A DNA stretch of 64,000 nt from a candidate division WOR-3 bacterium (lineage in GTDB: Bacteria > Hydrothermota > Tepidihabitantia > B3-TA06), in contig CBFGKC010000005.1 of NCBI GenBank assembly GCA_965649265.1, positions 1 through 64,000 of the forward strand, in the 5' to 3' direction. Below the pieces are notes generated by a model that did not search any database, had not been told where the DNA came from, and saw only the letters and a list, made by a program, of their open reading frames with translations. Every line of letters begins with the position of its first letter. Position 1 is the stretch's first letter. A program made the translations under genes and the position numbers. Of this stretch, positions 34,996 to 44,678 are shown piece by piece.

Positions 34996-36312
34996 ATGGC
35001 AAAGTTTTCAGTATCAGGGCTTCGCGGAGCTGTTGGAACTGACCTTACGCCGTATGATTTCATGCGTCTTTCCAACGCTTATGCCAGCTTTACCAACCAC
35101 GTGCGCATGCTTTGTTCAAGGGATGCCCGCATTACGGGCGCCATGCTTGAGGGTGCGGCGCAAGCAGGCCTTCTTGCGGCAGGATCGGACGTTCTTTCGT
35201 GCAGCGTTGTTACCACTCCCACTTCGGTATACGGGACTAAAGTCCTCGATGTAGGCGGAGGAGTGGTTATAACCGCAAGTCATAATCCCGCAAACGAAAA
35301 CGGACTCAAGTTTCTTGAGAAAGGTCGTTTTCTTGTTCCTTCAAGGAGTGAAGAATTCGTGAAATTCTCATCCGACTTTGAATTCAAAACTTGCGAGCCT
35401 CTCAATTGCGGAGTACTTGAAAAGGGTGATGCGATAAGCGCTCATAAGAAGGCTTTGCTTGAACTCTTCGGGAAAGGAGCCTTTGAACCAAGACTTCGCG
35501 TTGGTCTTGATCCGGTAAACGGCGCAGCGGGAAGCGAGGCAAAGGAAATACTTGAGGCGCTTAATTGCGAAGTTCATGCAATCAACTATGAACCCACCGG
35601 CCGTTTTGCCAGAGGTGGTGAACCCGTTCCGGAGAATCTTGGCGAATTGTGCACGCTAGTTCACGACAAAGGACTCGACGTCGGCTTCGCGTTCGACCCT
35701 GACGGGGATAGACTCGCTTTGGTGGACGAGCTAGGCCGGGCGCCGGGAGAGGAGTACACGGTTCCACTATGCTCCAGATGGGCGCTTGAGAGGAAAAAGG
35801 CTGACCTGGCTGTGAATTTATCGACCTCAAGGATGATTGAAAGCGTCGCGAGGGAGTGGGGGGTAAAGCTTCACCGGACACCCGTGGGTGAGGCGCATGT
35901 CGTCGACAGGCTGTTGGATGTAGGGGGAACGGCGGGAGGAGAAGGCAACGGGGGTTTCATCTACCCTTCATTCAATGCCACTCGCGACGGTCTCCTTGCA
36001 ATGGCCGTCGTGATTGAACTCGTGCGCAAGAACGGACCTCTTTCAGGGTTAGTCGATTCGCTGCCCGTCTACTACATCCGCAAGGATAAGTTCAACGTGG
36101 AATGGTCTCCCCGAATGGTTGAAAAGGTTCGCTCGCTCTTACCCAAGGCGGAAGTGGATACGCGTGACGGCTTGTGGCTTGGTGACGAGGACTTCTGGCT
36201 TCACTTGAGACCCTCAAACACCGAACCGGTGGTCAGGATAGTGCTCGAGGCGAACAATAAGGAGAAAGGGAATACGATACTAACGGAGGTCAAAAAAACA
36301 TGTGCGGAATAG
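34996..36312 (+). CDS. glmM: Phosphoglucosamine mutase / phosphohexomutase
   Basis: SGLRG, ITASHNP, FDPDGDR, GEGNGG, RDG, RPSNTEP; adjacent to glmS. Confidence 0.8.
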   Translation: MAKFSVSGLRGAVGTDLTPYDFMRLSNAYASFTNHVRMLCSRDARITGAMLEGAAQAGLLAAGSDVLSCSVVTTPTSVYGTKVLDVGGGVVITASHNPANENGLKFLEKGRFLVPSRSEEFVKFSSDFEFKTCEPLNCGVLEKGDAISAHKKALLELFGKGAFEPRLRVGLDPVNGAAGSEAKEILEALNCEVHAINYEPTGRFARGGEPVPENLGELCTLVHDKGLDVGFAFDPDGDRLALVDELGRAPGEEYTVPLCSRWALERKKADLAVNLSTSRMIESVAREWGVKLHRTPVGEAHVVDRLLDVGGTAGGEGNGGFIYPSFNATRDGLLAMAVVIELVRKNGPLSGLVDSLPVYYIRKDKFNVEWSPRMVEKVRSLLPKAEVDTRDGLWLGDEDFWLHLRPSNTEPVVRIVLEANNKEKGNTILTEVKKTCAE

Positions 36313-38132
36313 TCGGATACCTGGGAAATCGCGACCTTGAATCGGTAATACTGGTCGGTCTTGAACGACTGGAATACCGAGGTTACGATTCGTGCGGGAT
36401 AGCCGCGGTTGATAATTCGAAGATCGTGATAACAAAAGTCGTCGGAAGGCTCAAGAACCTGAAGGACGCTTTGGCGAAGAACCCGATTAAAGGGTCCGTG
36501 GGTATAGGTCACACTCGCTGGGCAACTCATGGTTCGGTAACCCAGCGCAATGCCCATCCTTTTACCGACCAGGACGGCCGCTTCGCCGTTGTACACAACG
36601 GCATCATTGAGAACCATTCCGAACTCAGGACGAAACTCATAGCCGGCGGGCATCGATTCGAATCGGAAACCGATTCGGAAATAATACCACATCTTTTTGC
36701 CGACAACTATAAGGGCGACATCTTTGAGGCCATTCTCGAGACGGTCAAAGGACTCAAGGGAAGTTTTGCATGGGCTGCGGTATCAAAAGAGCACCCGGAT
36801 ACCCTTATCGGTGTCAGGGTGGGCTCCCCCCTCGTTGCCGGGATAGGTCATGACGAGTTCGCCCTGGCTTCAGATCCGTTGGCCCTCGTGGGAACGAGCC
36901 ATCACATGATTGTGCTCGAAGACAAGGAGTTCGTAATCCTCGAGCGAGGAAAGGAACCCCGCGTTTTCAACTTTGCGGGCGAGAAGATTAAAACCAAGCT
37001 TGCACCGATTGAACTGCGGCCCAAGGCCATCTCGAAGGGACGATACCGCCATTTCATGCGCAAGGAGATTTTCGAGCAGCCCGGTGTCATAGCGGAAAAC
37101 CTCAAGCGCCGATTCCGAAACGGTGACATCTCTCTCGGCTCTGGATTCAGGTTCTACCCTGACGAGATGGCGGACTTCAACAGGATACTCATCCAGGCGT
37201 GCGGCACAAGTTATCATGCAGGTCTCGTGGGCCGGTTTTATCTCGAGAAATTCACGAACATACATTCGGAAGTCGAGATTGCTTCCGAACTCATTGACCG
37301 GACACCTGTTTTCACAAAGCACGATCTTATGGTCGCAATAAGTCAATCTGGAGAAACGGCGGATACAATAGCGGCGCTGCGTGCCGCGCGGCACAATGCC
37401 GATCTAAGAATTCTTTCGATCCTTAACGTCAAGCGAACATCCCTGGACAGGGATTCAGACTCTTCTATATATATCCATGCGGGGCCTGAGATTGGAGTGG
37501 CTTCGACGAAGGCATACACGGCAGAGGTTTTTGCCCTTTTGGCATTGACTCTGGAACTCGCACGCAGACGAGGTAGCCTTAAACCCAAGGAACTAAAAGA
37601 GATAAAATCGGAACTTCAGGAACTTCCCGCAAAGATTTTGACCGTTCTTAAGCAAGATGCCCGGATTCACGAAATAGCCAAACACTTCCAGAAGCGAAAT
37701 TCCTACCTTTTTCTCGGCCGCGGTGTAAATTATCCCACGGCGCTCGAAGGCGCCTTGAAACTAAAGGAAATAAGCTACGTTCACGCAACAGGGTATCCAG
37801 CGGGCGAGATGAAACACGGTCCCATCTCCCTCATCGATTCCAAAACCCCGGTCGTTGTTGTGGCACCGAGGGATTCGACTTACGAAAAAATGAGTGCAAA
37901 TATTGAAGAGGTCTCCGCCCGCGGTGGCCAGGTGATAGCAGTCGGGACAGCAGGTGACAGCGAACTCAAGGCCAAAAGTGCCGAATTCATCCCCGTTCCC
38001 GAAGCTCCGGATTACTTGCTGCCCTTCCTGACGGTGATACCTCTGCAACTACTTGCTTACCACACGGCGGTGTTTCGCGGATGCGACGTGGATAAACCCC
38101 GCAATCTTGCCAAGAGCGTCACGGTGGAATGA
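36300..38132 (+). CDS. glmS: Glutamine--fructose-6-phosphate aminotransferase
   Basis: MCGIVG, LEYRGYDS, GHTRWATHG, SQSGETADT, GVASTKA, VDKPRNLAKSVTVE. Confidence 0.98.
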   Translation: MCGIVGYLGNRDLESVILVGLERLEYRGYDSCGIAAVDNSKIVITKVVGRLKNLKDALAKNPIKGSVGIGHTRWATHGSVTQRNAHPFTDQDGRFAVVHNGIIENHSELRTKLIAGGHRFESETDSEIIPHLFADNYKGDIFEAILETVKGLKGSFAWAAVSKEHPDTLIGVRVGSPLVAGIGHDEFALASDPLALVGTSHHMIVLEDKEFVILERGKEPRVFNFAGEKIKTKLAPIELRPKAISKGRYRHFMRKEIFEQPGVIAENLKRRFRNGDISLGSGFRFYPDEMADFNRILIQACGTSYHAGLVGRFYLEKFTNIHSEVEIASELIDRTPVFTKHDLMVAISQSGETADTIAALRAARHNADLRILSILNVKRTSLDRDSDSSIYIHAGPEIGVASTKAYTAEVFALLALTLELARRRGSLKPKELKEIKSELQELPAKILTVLKQDARIHEIAKHFQKRNSYLFLGRGVNYPTALEGALKLKEISYVHATGYPAGEMKHGPISLIDSKTPVVVVAPRDSTYEKMSANIEEVSARGGQVIAVGTAGDSELKAKSAEFIPVPEAPDYLLPFLTVIPLQLLAYHTAVFRGCDVDKPRNLAKSVTVE

Positions 38133-38222
38133 GAGAGAAGGGATGAGGCGTACCGGATTAGGATTTTTAACCCAAACAACCAAAACCGTTCTCAGGATGA
38201 GAGAAGGGTTAAGGAGGTCTTG

Positions 38223-39305
38223 ATGGCCAAAGCTCAAGGAAAGCACGAAAACTCGGAGAAAGACGATCGCAAGCGGGCGCTCGACACAGCAATAGGACAG
38301 GTAGAGAAACAGTTCGGCAAGGGTTCGGTGATGCGCCTTGGCGAAAGGCCAGCCGGTGCAGGAATTAAGGTAATACCTACGGGCTCGCTGTCACTGGATG
38401 TGGCACTTGGAGTCGGCGGTTTCCCACGCGGAAGATTAATCGAGATATTCGGCCCCGAGGCTTCGGGTAAGACAACCCTTACTCTGCAGGCGGTGGCCAA
38501 CGCGCAAAAGCTGGGCGGCCAGGCGGCGTTCATCGATACCGAGCACGCGCTCGACCCGATTTATGCCCAGGCCTTGGGTGTAAATATTGACGACCTTCTC
38601 ATCTCCCAGCCCGACACGGGCGAGCAGGCGCTAGAGATAGCCGAGATCCTAACTCGTTCCGGAGGCATTGATATTTTCGTACTTGACTCGGTGGCCGCTC
38701 TCGCACCACGCGCGGAGATAGAGGGTGAGATGGGCGACTCGCACGTAGGTCTGCAGGCGCGCCTCATGTCCCAGGCGCTCCGGAAATTGACGGCGGTAGT
38801 CTCACATTCCAACACTTGCGCAATCTTTACTAATCAGCTGCGCATGAAGATAGGAGTCATGTGGGGAAATCCCGAGACTACACCAGGTGGCCTCGCACTT
38901 AAGTTCCACTCCTCCGTTAGACTTGATATAAGACGCATTGCCTCGATCAAGAAGGGGGAGGAGGTCATCGGCAGCCGTACACGCGTCAAGGTCGTCAAGA
39001 ACAAGCTTGCACCTCCCTTCAGGCAAGCGGAGTTCGACATTCTATACGGCAAGGGTGTCAACTACCTCGGTGAGCTTGTTGATCTGGGAGTCGATCTCGG
39101 GCTCGTTCAAAAGTCAGGTACGTGGTTCTCCCTGGCCGACGAAAGAATGGGCCAGGGCCGCGACGCAGCCATCGCTTTCCTCGACGAGAATACAACTTCA
39201 AGAGAAAAACTCGACTCAGACGTCAGGAAAAAAATATTTTCTGGAGCAAAGGTAGGCGTTTCCAAATCGGAACCAGACGATGCCGGTGCTGAATCCGAGG
39301 AGTAA
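38223..39305 (+). CDS. recA: Recombinase RecA
   Basis: [55 protein letters not shown]. Confidence 0.99.
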   Translation: MAKAQGKHENSEKDDRKRALDTAIGQVEKQFGKGSVMRLGERPAGAGIKVIPTGSLSLDVALGVGGFPRGRLIEIFGPEASGKTTLTLQAVANAQKLGGQAAFIDTEHALDPIYAQALGVNIDDLLISQPDTGEQALEIAEILTRSGGIDIFVLDSVAALAPRAEIEGEMGDSHVGLQARLMSQALRKLTAVVSHSNTCAIFTNQLRMKIGVMWGNPETTPGGLALKFHSSVRLDIRRIASIKKGEEVIGSRTRVKVVKNKLAPPFRQAEFDILYGKGVNYLGELVDLGVDLGLVQKSGTWFSLADERMGQGRDAAIAFLDENTTSREKLDSDVRKKIFSGAKVGVSKSEPDDAGAESEE

Positions 39306-39314
39306 TCCGCTTTA

Positions 39315-39776
39315 ATGAAACTTCAGAGTCCAGAGGAGCAGGTGCGCCAGGCGTCCCTCAGGCTTTTAAAGTACCGCGACCGCAGCACGAGTGAGATGCG
39401 TGAAAGGCTCCGCAAGAAGGGCTTCGATCGTTCGTTAATCGAGACTGAACTAGAATGGCTTCTGGCACAGCGCTTGCTTGACGACGAGAAGTTCACAGGA
39501 GTCTGGATACGTCACAAGCTCGCCATATCCCATAAAGGCAAGAGACTGATAGCCGCTGAGCTGGGTGCTAAGGGGATAAGCCCCGATCTTTTCAGAAAGG
39601 TATGGGCAGAATATCTTGAGGAAGAACAGCGCTCGGCTTTGGAGTGGACGCGCGCGCACGCTTCGGGATATAACCTTCTTGAATTATACGAGAGGCGCGG
39701 CAGGATAAGAGACGGACTCTACAGAAGAGGATACTCGGAGGATGCGATTGAGATTGCACTGAAGGAGATCGGATGA
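39315..39776 (+). CDS. recX: Regulatory protein RecX
   Basis: LLKYRDRS..EMRERLRKKG, LLDDEKF, ELGAKGI, LYRRGY; directly after recA. Confidence 0.9.
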   Translation: MKLQSPEEQVRQASLRLLKYRDRSTSEMRERLRKKGFDRSLIETELEWLLAQRLLDDEKFTGVWIRHKLAISHKGKRLIAAELGAKGISPDLFRKVWAEYLEEEQRSALEWTRAHASGYNLLELYERRGRIRDGLYRRGYSEDAIEIALKEIG

Positions 39777-42358
39777 ATTCAAAAGAACTCAGGCAGGCTT
39801 ACTTGAACTACTTTATTGAACGCGGGCACACGCTCGTCCCGTCGGCACCGCTCGTTCCCAAAAAGGACCCCACAATCCTTTTCAACGTCGCGGGAATGGT
39901 GCAGTTCAAACCCCTGTGGGGAGGTCTTATTGATCCTCTCCCCTATACCAGGGCGACTTCTGTCCAGAAATGCCTGAGGCTCAACGATCTTGACGTAGTT
40001 GGCACCGACGCGACCCATGATACCTTTTTCGAGATGCTCGGCAACTTCTCTTTCGGCGATTATCAGAAGAAAGAAGCAATAAGCTTTGCGTGGGAGTTCG
40101 TGACCTGGTTCATGAAGCTGCCTTTGGAGCGGCTTTGGGTGACTGTGCACGAAACGGATGAGGAGGCTGCAGAGATATGGCGAGACGAGATAGGTATTCC
40201 AAAACACCGTGTGGTCTACCTCGGGGATGCCGACAACTTCTGGGGACCGGTGGGAGGCCGAGGCGCGTGTGGGCCTTCGAGCGAGATATTCTGGGATCTC
40301 AAGTGGAAGAAGGGGGATGAAGGCAGAGGTCCTGCGCACAACGAAGACGAACGGTACACGGAGATTTGGAATCTCGTGTTCCCGCAGTTCGACCAGCAAG
40401 AGGACGGCTCACGCCCCTTCCTGAAATACAGAGGCATCGACACCGGAGCCGGACTCGAGCGCATGACCATGGCCGCGCAGGATGTTGAAACGATATTTCA
40501 CACCGATCTTTTCAAGCCCCTGATGCAGGCGGCGGCGAATACAATAGGCATGACTATCTCCAAGGAGACGTGGGAACCCCTGGCAATAACGGCCGACCAC
40601 GTCCGCGCGATCACAAACGTCATAAGCGAAGGAGTGAGACCGTCAAACACCAAACAAGGTTACGTAGTCAGACGCTTACTGCGGCGCGCGCTCGGGGCAC
40701 TTTATCCCTTCGGCATCGAGGAGCCCCTACTGTACAAGATTTCAGGGCAGGTGATTGAACAGATGCGTCATGTATACCCCGAACTCGAGGAACGCAGAGA
40801 GCAGGTGGCGCTCATGATTAAAGGAGAGGAGGAGCGCTTCCTAAGGACGCTCGAATCGGGCATGAGGTTGTTCGAGGATGCCGCGCACGCCGGCACTATC
40901 GCAGGTCAGGATGCGTTCAAGCTCTACGATACGTTCGGGTTTCCGATAGATCTTACGAAACTACTCGCCAAGCACAAAAAAATAGAGGTCGACCTCGAAG
41001 GCTTCGAACAGGCAATGGAAGGGCAGAGGGAGAAATCGAGAAATGCGTTAGATGTTACATCTGATTTCAAAGAGAAGTGGGTAGGAGATGCCATTGATGT
41101 CGAATTCGTGGGATATGAGGATATTGATATCGAAACCATCATAACATCTCTCGCCTACGACGAAAAGATGGGTGAAGTAAAACTTGCACTTGTGGAGTCG
41201 CCGTTTTATGCCGAAGCAGGCGGGCAGGTAGGGGATACGGGCAGAATTGTCGGAGAGGATTTTGAGATTGAGGTGTTGAAGACGGACTACAATCAGGCCG
41301 GCACAAGAGTCAGTCACGGCAGGTTCCTTAGGGGCGGATTTTCAAAGGAAATCGCTGGAAAGGATGTTCGCGCCTTCGTCGATATCGCACGGCGCAGGGA
41401 GATAGAGCGCGCGCACACCGCGACGCATCTGCTTCACGCGGCTCTGCGCAAGACGCTGGGTGACCACGTCAAGCAGGAAGGTTCTCTCGTCGAGCCTGGA
41501 AGGCTGCGTTTCGACTTCTACCACCCCTCGCCGATGACGCAGGACGAACTGACGGAAGTCGAACGAGCGGTCTACAATTGGGTAATTGAGAATCACGACT
41601 CGACAATCAATGAGATGTCCATCGACGAGGCTCAGGCAAAAGGCGCGCTCGCATTCTTCGGAGAAAAGTACGGAGATAAGGTCCGAGTCGTAGAGATTCC
41701 TGGCATCTCGACGGAGCTTTGCGGTGGAACGCATCTGGAAAGAACCGGCGATATAGGCATGTTTCTCATCAGTTCGGAGTCAGGCGTCGCGGCAGGCATC
41801 CGCAGGATTGAGGCGCTGGTCGGGAACCGCGCATTCGCTGAGATTGAACACGAGCGTGAGACACTCGCAGAGATTTCATCAGCACTAGGTACCGACAAGG
41901 AAAAACTCCTGAAGAAACTCGAGGAGCTAAAACAGAATCTGGCACACGAAACAAAAGCAAGAGAGGCTATTGCCCGGAAATATGCGGAGGGTCTCGTCTC
42001 GGAAATTCTGGGCAGCGCGAACAAATTTGATGAGACGGATTTTGTCTGTGCCAGGGTCGAAGGTGTATCGAGGGACGATCTGCGACTCATCGCGGACTCG
42101 TTGAAATCAAAACGCGAAAACATTGCAGGCCTTCTTGCTTCACCCGACAACTCAAGAATGACAATTCTCTGCTTTTCGTCCAAGTCCTCTTCCCGTAAAT
42201 ACCCCGCGGGCGAAATACTAAAGGCCGTTGCGCCGCGCTTCAAGGGAGGGGGAGGGGGCTCTCCTACGCTCGCCGAAGGAAGTATTGCCGAAACTTCACT
42301 TGAGGATTTGACGTCTGCCTTTATGGATATTGTAAAAAAAGGAAGAGAGGAACTATGA
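39773..42358 (+). CDS. alaS: Alanine--tRNA ligase
   Basis: DPTILFNVAGMVQFK, TFFEMLGNFSFGDY, EIWNLVF, IDTGAGLER, HTATHLLH, ELCGGTH, GGGGG. Confidence 0.98.
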   Translation: MNSKELRQAYLNYFIERGHTLVPSAPLVPKKDPTILFNVAGMVQFKPLWGGLIDPLPYTRATSVQKCLRLNDLDVVGTDATHDTFFEMLGNFSFGDYQKKEAISFAWEFVTWFMKLPLERLWVTVHETDEEAAEIWRDEIGIPKHRVVYLGDADNFWGPVGGRGACGPSSEIFWDLKWKKGDEGRGPAHNEDERYTEIWNLVFPQFDQQEDGSRPFLKYRGIDTGAGLERMTMAAQDVETIFHTDLFKPLMQAAANTIGMTISKETWEPLAITADHVRAITNVISEGVRPSNTKQGYVVRRLLRRALGALYPFGIEEPLLYKISGQVIEQMRHVYPELEERREQVALMIKGEEERFLRTLESGMRLFEDAAHAGTIAGQDAFKLYDTFGFPIDLTKLLAKHKKIEVDLEGFEQAMEGQREKSRNALDVTSDFKEKWVGDAIDVEFVGYEDIDIETIITSLAYDEKMGEVKLALVESPFYAEAGGQVGDTGRIVGEDFEIEVLKTDYNQAGTRVSHGRFLRGGFSKEIAGKDVRAFVDIARRREIERAHTATHLLHAALRKTLGDHVKQEGSLVEPGRLRFDFYHPSPMTQDELTEVERAVYNWVIENHDSTINEMSIDEAQAKGALAFFGEKYGDKVRVVEIPGISTELCGGTHLERTGDIGMFLISSESGVAAGIRRIEALVGNRAFAEIEHERETLAEISSALGTDKEKLLKKLEELKQNLAHETKAREAIARKYAEGLVSEILGSANKFDETDFVCARVEGVSRDDLRLIADSLKSKRENIAGLLASPDNSRMTILCFSSKSSSRKYPAGEILKAVAPRFKGGGGGSPTLAEGSIAETSLEDLTSAFMDIVKKGREEL

Positions 42359-43050
42359 ATCTATTTTTTTCAGCCATGTTGCTTTTCAACGCAGGATTCA
42401 GTGACCCGCATATTGCTGACGGGGAAAGACTCATTTACAAGGGATACGATGACGGGAACAAGACATCGAGGGAAATAGTACACATTGTCTACGACAAGGG
42501 TGATTACTACTATTCAACTCACGAACATCTGGATACCACTAAAATAATTGTAAAGTGCAAGGTGCGCAAGTCTGATTTTTCTACAATGCAGGTGATAAAG
42601 GATCGCTCGGGCCGTTTTCAGCTCAGCATAGAGCCCTGTTCGGGAGGCATTTTCGTCAAAGATGGATTCAAGGCAAAGGAGAACAGGATAAACCACTCGG
42701 GAGTTTTTTACGACCGCCATACCCTGCTTGACGTCTTTAGGGCATTCCCGTTTGAAAATCCTCAAAGAATAGAGTTCCCTTTCTTTGAATCTAACGTTGG
42801 AAAGGTCATAACAGGCACTTGCGTATACGACGGTATCGAAACGATAAAAACCGATATCGGTGAATTCAAATGTTACAAACTGACTCTTGGATTCAAGAGC
42901 CAGCTCATCGAGACGGTTTACAAGGTAGCGGTTGCGGGCCGCAGCTTCGATTTTTACTACGAGGTTGCCGAACCACACCGCATGATTTACTGGACTGACA
43001 ACAAAGGAAGTTATTTGAAACTGATCAGAGACGAAAGCGTGGTAAAATGA
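42355..43050 (+). CDS. Hypothetical exported protein (DUF3108-like)
   Basis: Short signal-like N-terminus; GE.L.Y; E.IKT.IGEFKCYKL beta-rich pattern; overlaps neighbours by 4 nt. Confidence 0.55.
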   Translation: MNLFFSAMLLFNAGFSDPHIADGERLIYKGYDDGNKTSREIVHIVYDKGDYYYSTHEHLDTTKIIVKCKVRKSDFSTMQVIKDRSGRFQLSIEPCSGGIFVKDGFKAKENRINHSGVFYDRHTLLDVFRAFPFENPQRIEFPFFESNVGKVITGTCVYDGIETIKTDIGEFKCYKLTLGFKSQLIETVYKVAVAGRSFDFYYEVAEPHRMIYWTDNKGSYLKLIRDESVVK

Positions 43051-43763
43051 GCGAAAGCTGGCAGATTGTCGAGGCACTGCTTTTCGCCTCGCCCGACATT
43101 GTTTCTCTTGACCGGCTGGGAAAGGCGGCCGATCTTACCCCTTCCGAGGTAAAAACGTGTATAGAGAAGCTCAACAGGGATTACGAGGCCGAGGGCCGGG
43201 CATTTCACGTAAGGGAAGTAGCCGGCGGCTGGCAGATGTCCACTCATGCCCGTTTTGCACCATGGATAGGTCGCCTTTTACAAAAACGCGGTCGTGACCG
43301 TCTTTCAAAGGCGGCTCTGGAGACGCTGGCCGTGATAGCCCACCGCCAACCCATCAACAAACCGGATATAGACCAGGCACGCGGGATAGATTCCTCATAT
43401 ATACTGACCAATCTTCTCGAACGCAGCCTCATCAAAATCAAAGGTCGCGACAAGCGCGCGGGGCACCCGTTTGTATACGGCACCACTCCCAAATTTCTTG
43501 AATATTTCGGATTGAATTCACTGAAGGATCTACCAGACCTGGAGGAACCTTCCGTCAAGGAAGAAGACATAATGCCGCTCGAGGAGGGGCTGGAGGCTTC
43601 CGAGGGTTCGCAGGCGGAGCTGCCCATCCAAGAGGAACCTAAGGATGATCTTCAAGCGGAACCGGTAGACCCCGAGGCGCTGCATGCCATAGGTTACAGA
43701 ATTGACACGGGCGAGGAGAAAGACAGCGCGACACCAGAAAAGGCCAAAGAAGTTGACACTTGA
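43047..43763 (+). CDS. scpB: Segregation and condensation protein B
   Basis: VEALLFAS, VAGGWQM.T, LSKAALETLAVIAHRQP, RGIDS, YGTT.KFLEYFGL.SL.DLP. Confidence 0.95.
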   Translation: MSESWQIVEALLFASPDIVSLDRLGKAADLTPSEVKTCIEKLNRDYEAEGRAFHVREVAGGWQMSTHARFAPWIGRLLQKRGRDRLSKAALETLAVIAHRQPINKPDIDQARGIDSSYILTNLLERSLIKIKGRDKRAGHPFVYGTTPKFLEYFGLNSLKDLPDLEEPSVKEEDIMPLEEGLEASEGSQAELPIQEEPKDDLQAEPVDPEALHAIGYRIDTGEEKDSATPEKAKEVDT

Positions 43764-44280
43764 ACCGCATGTACCGCAAGCGCTGTTGATTTGCGGGCTT
43801 CTCTCCGCAGACAGGAAGATGCTCGACTCGATAGAAAACCCGCTTAAAACAAAATTGGGAGAAGCGGAACTTCGAAGCGATATATTTCCATTTGAATGGA
43901 CCGATTATTACAACTCCGAGATGGGCGCAGGAATACTCCGAAGATGGCTGGTTTTCAAGGAACCGCGCAATCTTGAAAAGCCCTGGAGCTATAAACTGGC
44001 ATCAACGGAGATCGAAAGGGAGTACTGCAAAGAAGGGCGGCGCACCATTAATATAGACCCTGGATTCATCCGTCTTGACGGGCTATGGCTTCTATCCACG
44101 AAACCCGCCGGACACAGGGCATATTTGGACAGAGGTGTTTGGATTGAGATGACCCTTCGTTTTCTGAAGGATTGCTGCGAGGAAATGCCCTGGACTTACC
44201 CCGATCATCGAGATCCCCAGGCTCAAAAATTCCTCTTAAAAGCCCGAGAGGTCCTGAAAAGAGCTTTGAGAGATGTTTGA
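43753..44280 (+). CDS. DUF4416 family protein
   Basis: FEWTDYY..EMG, K..STEIE, RTINIDPG, ..TK...HR.YL..G, PWTYPD; start uncertain (43702 or 43753). Confidence 0.8.
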   Translation: MTLEPHVPQALLICGLLSADRKMLDSIENPLKTKLGEAELRSDIFPFEWTDYYNSEMGAGILRRWLVFKEPRNLEKPWSYKLASTEIEREYCKEGRRTINIDPGFIRLDGLWLLSTKPAGHRAYLDRGVWIEMTLRFLKDCCEEMPWTYPDHRDPQAQKFLLKAREVLKRALRDV

Positions 44281-44635
44281 AGTAGAAGTTACCACACCAT
44301 TGAATTTCAGTCACCGCCTTGAAGGTTTTGGAGAAGAATTCGAGTCGGAGCACGAACATACCTGGAGAATAACCGTTACAATCTCAATCGGGGCACTTGA
44401 CACATTCGGAGTGGCAGTGGACTTTGTCAAGTTAAAAAAAGAGTTGGTCGATTTCCTGAATCCATATCAGGGCTGCTTTCTGAATGGTCATGACGCTTTC
44501 AAGGCCACCCCCCCCACCGCGGAGAACATAGCTCAATTGGTCGCAGGATGGTTTCTACAAATCTACCCCGGGCTGGTTAAGTCCGTTGCCGTGGGATCAG
44601 ATAAAGAACTTGCGAGATATCTTGTCTCACACTAG
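44273..44635 (+). CDS. 6-pyruvoyl-tetrahydropterin synthase / QueD family protein (Cys-less)
   Basis: SHRL, EHEHTW, VDF..LK, LN, PTAENIA. Confidence 0.8.
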   Translation: MFEVEVTTPLNFSHRLEGFGEEFESEHEHTWRITVTISIGALDTFGVAVDFVKLKKELVDFLNPYQGCFLNGHDAFKATPPTAENIAQLVAGWFLQIYPGLVKSVAVGSDKELARYLVSH

Positions 44636-44678
44636 TTCTGTGGATCCACAAGTTATTGTTCCTCTACCTTCTCGAAAT

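Noticed and set aside
38133-38220. LexA box upstream of recA
   Set aside because: No palindrome matching a known SOS box; only a short GAGAGAAGGG direct repeat.
44636-44660. DnaA boxes / oriC at TGTGGATCCACA
   Set aside because: A single palindrome with two mismatches per box in a short convergent gap; no cluster or AT-rich unwinding element.
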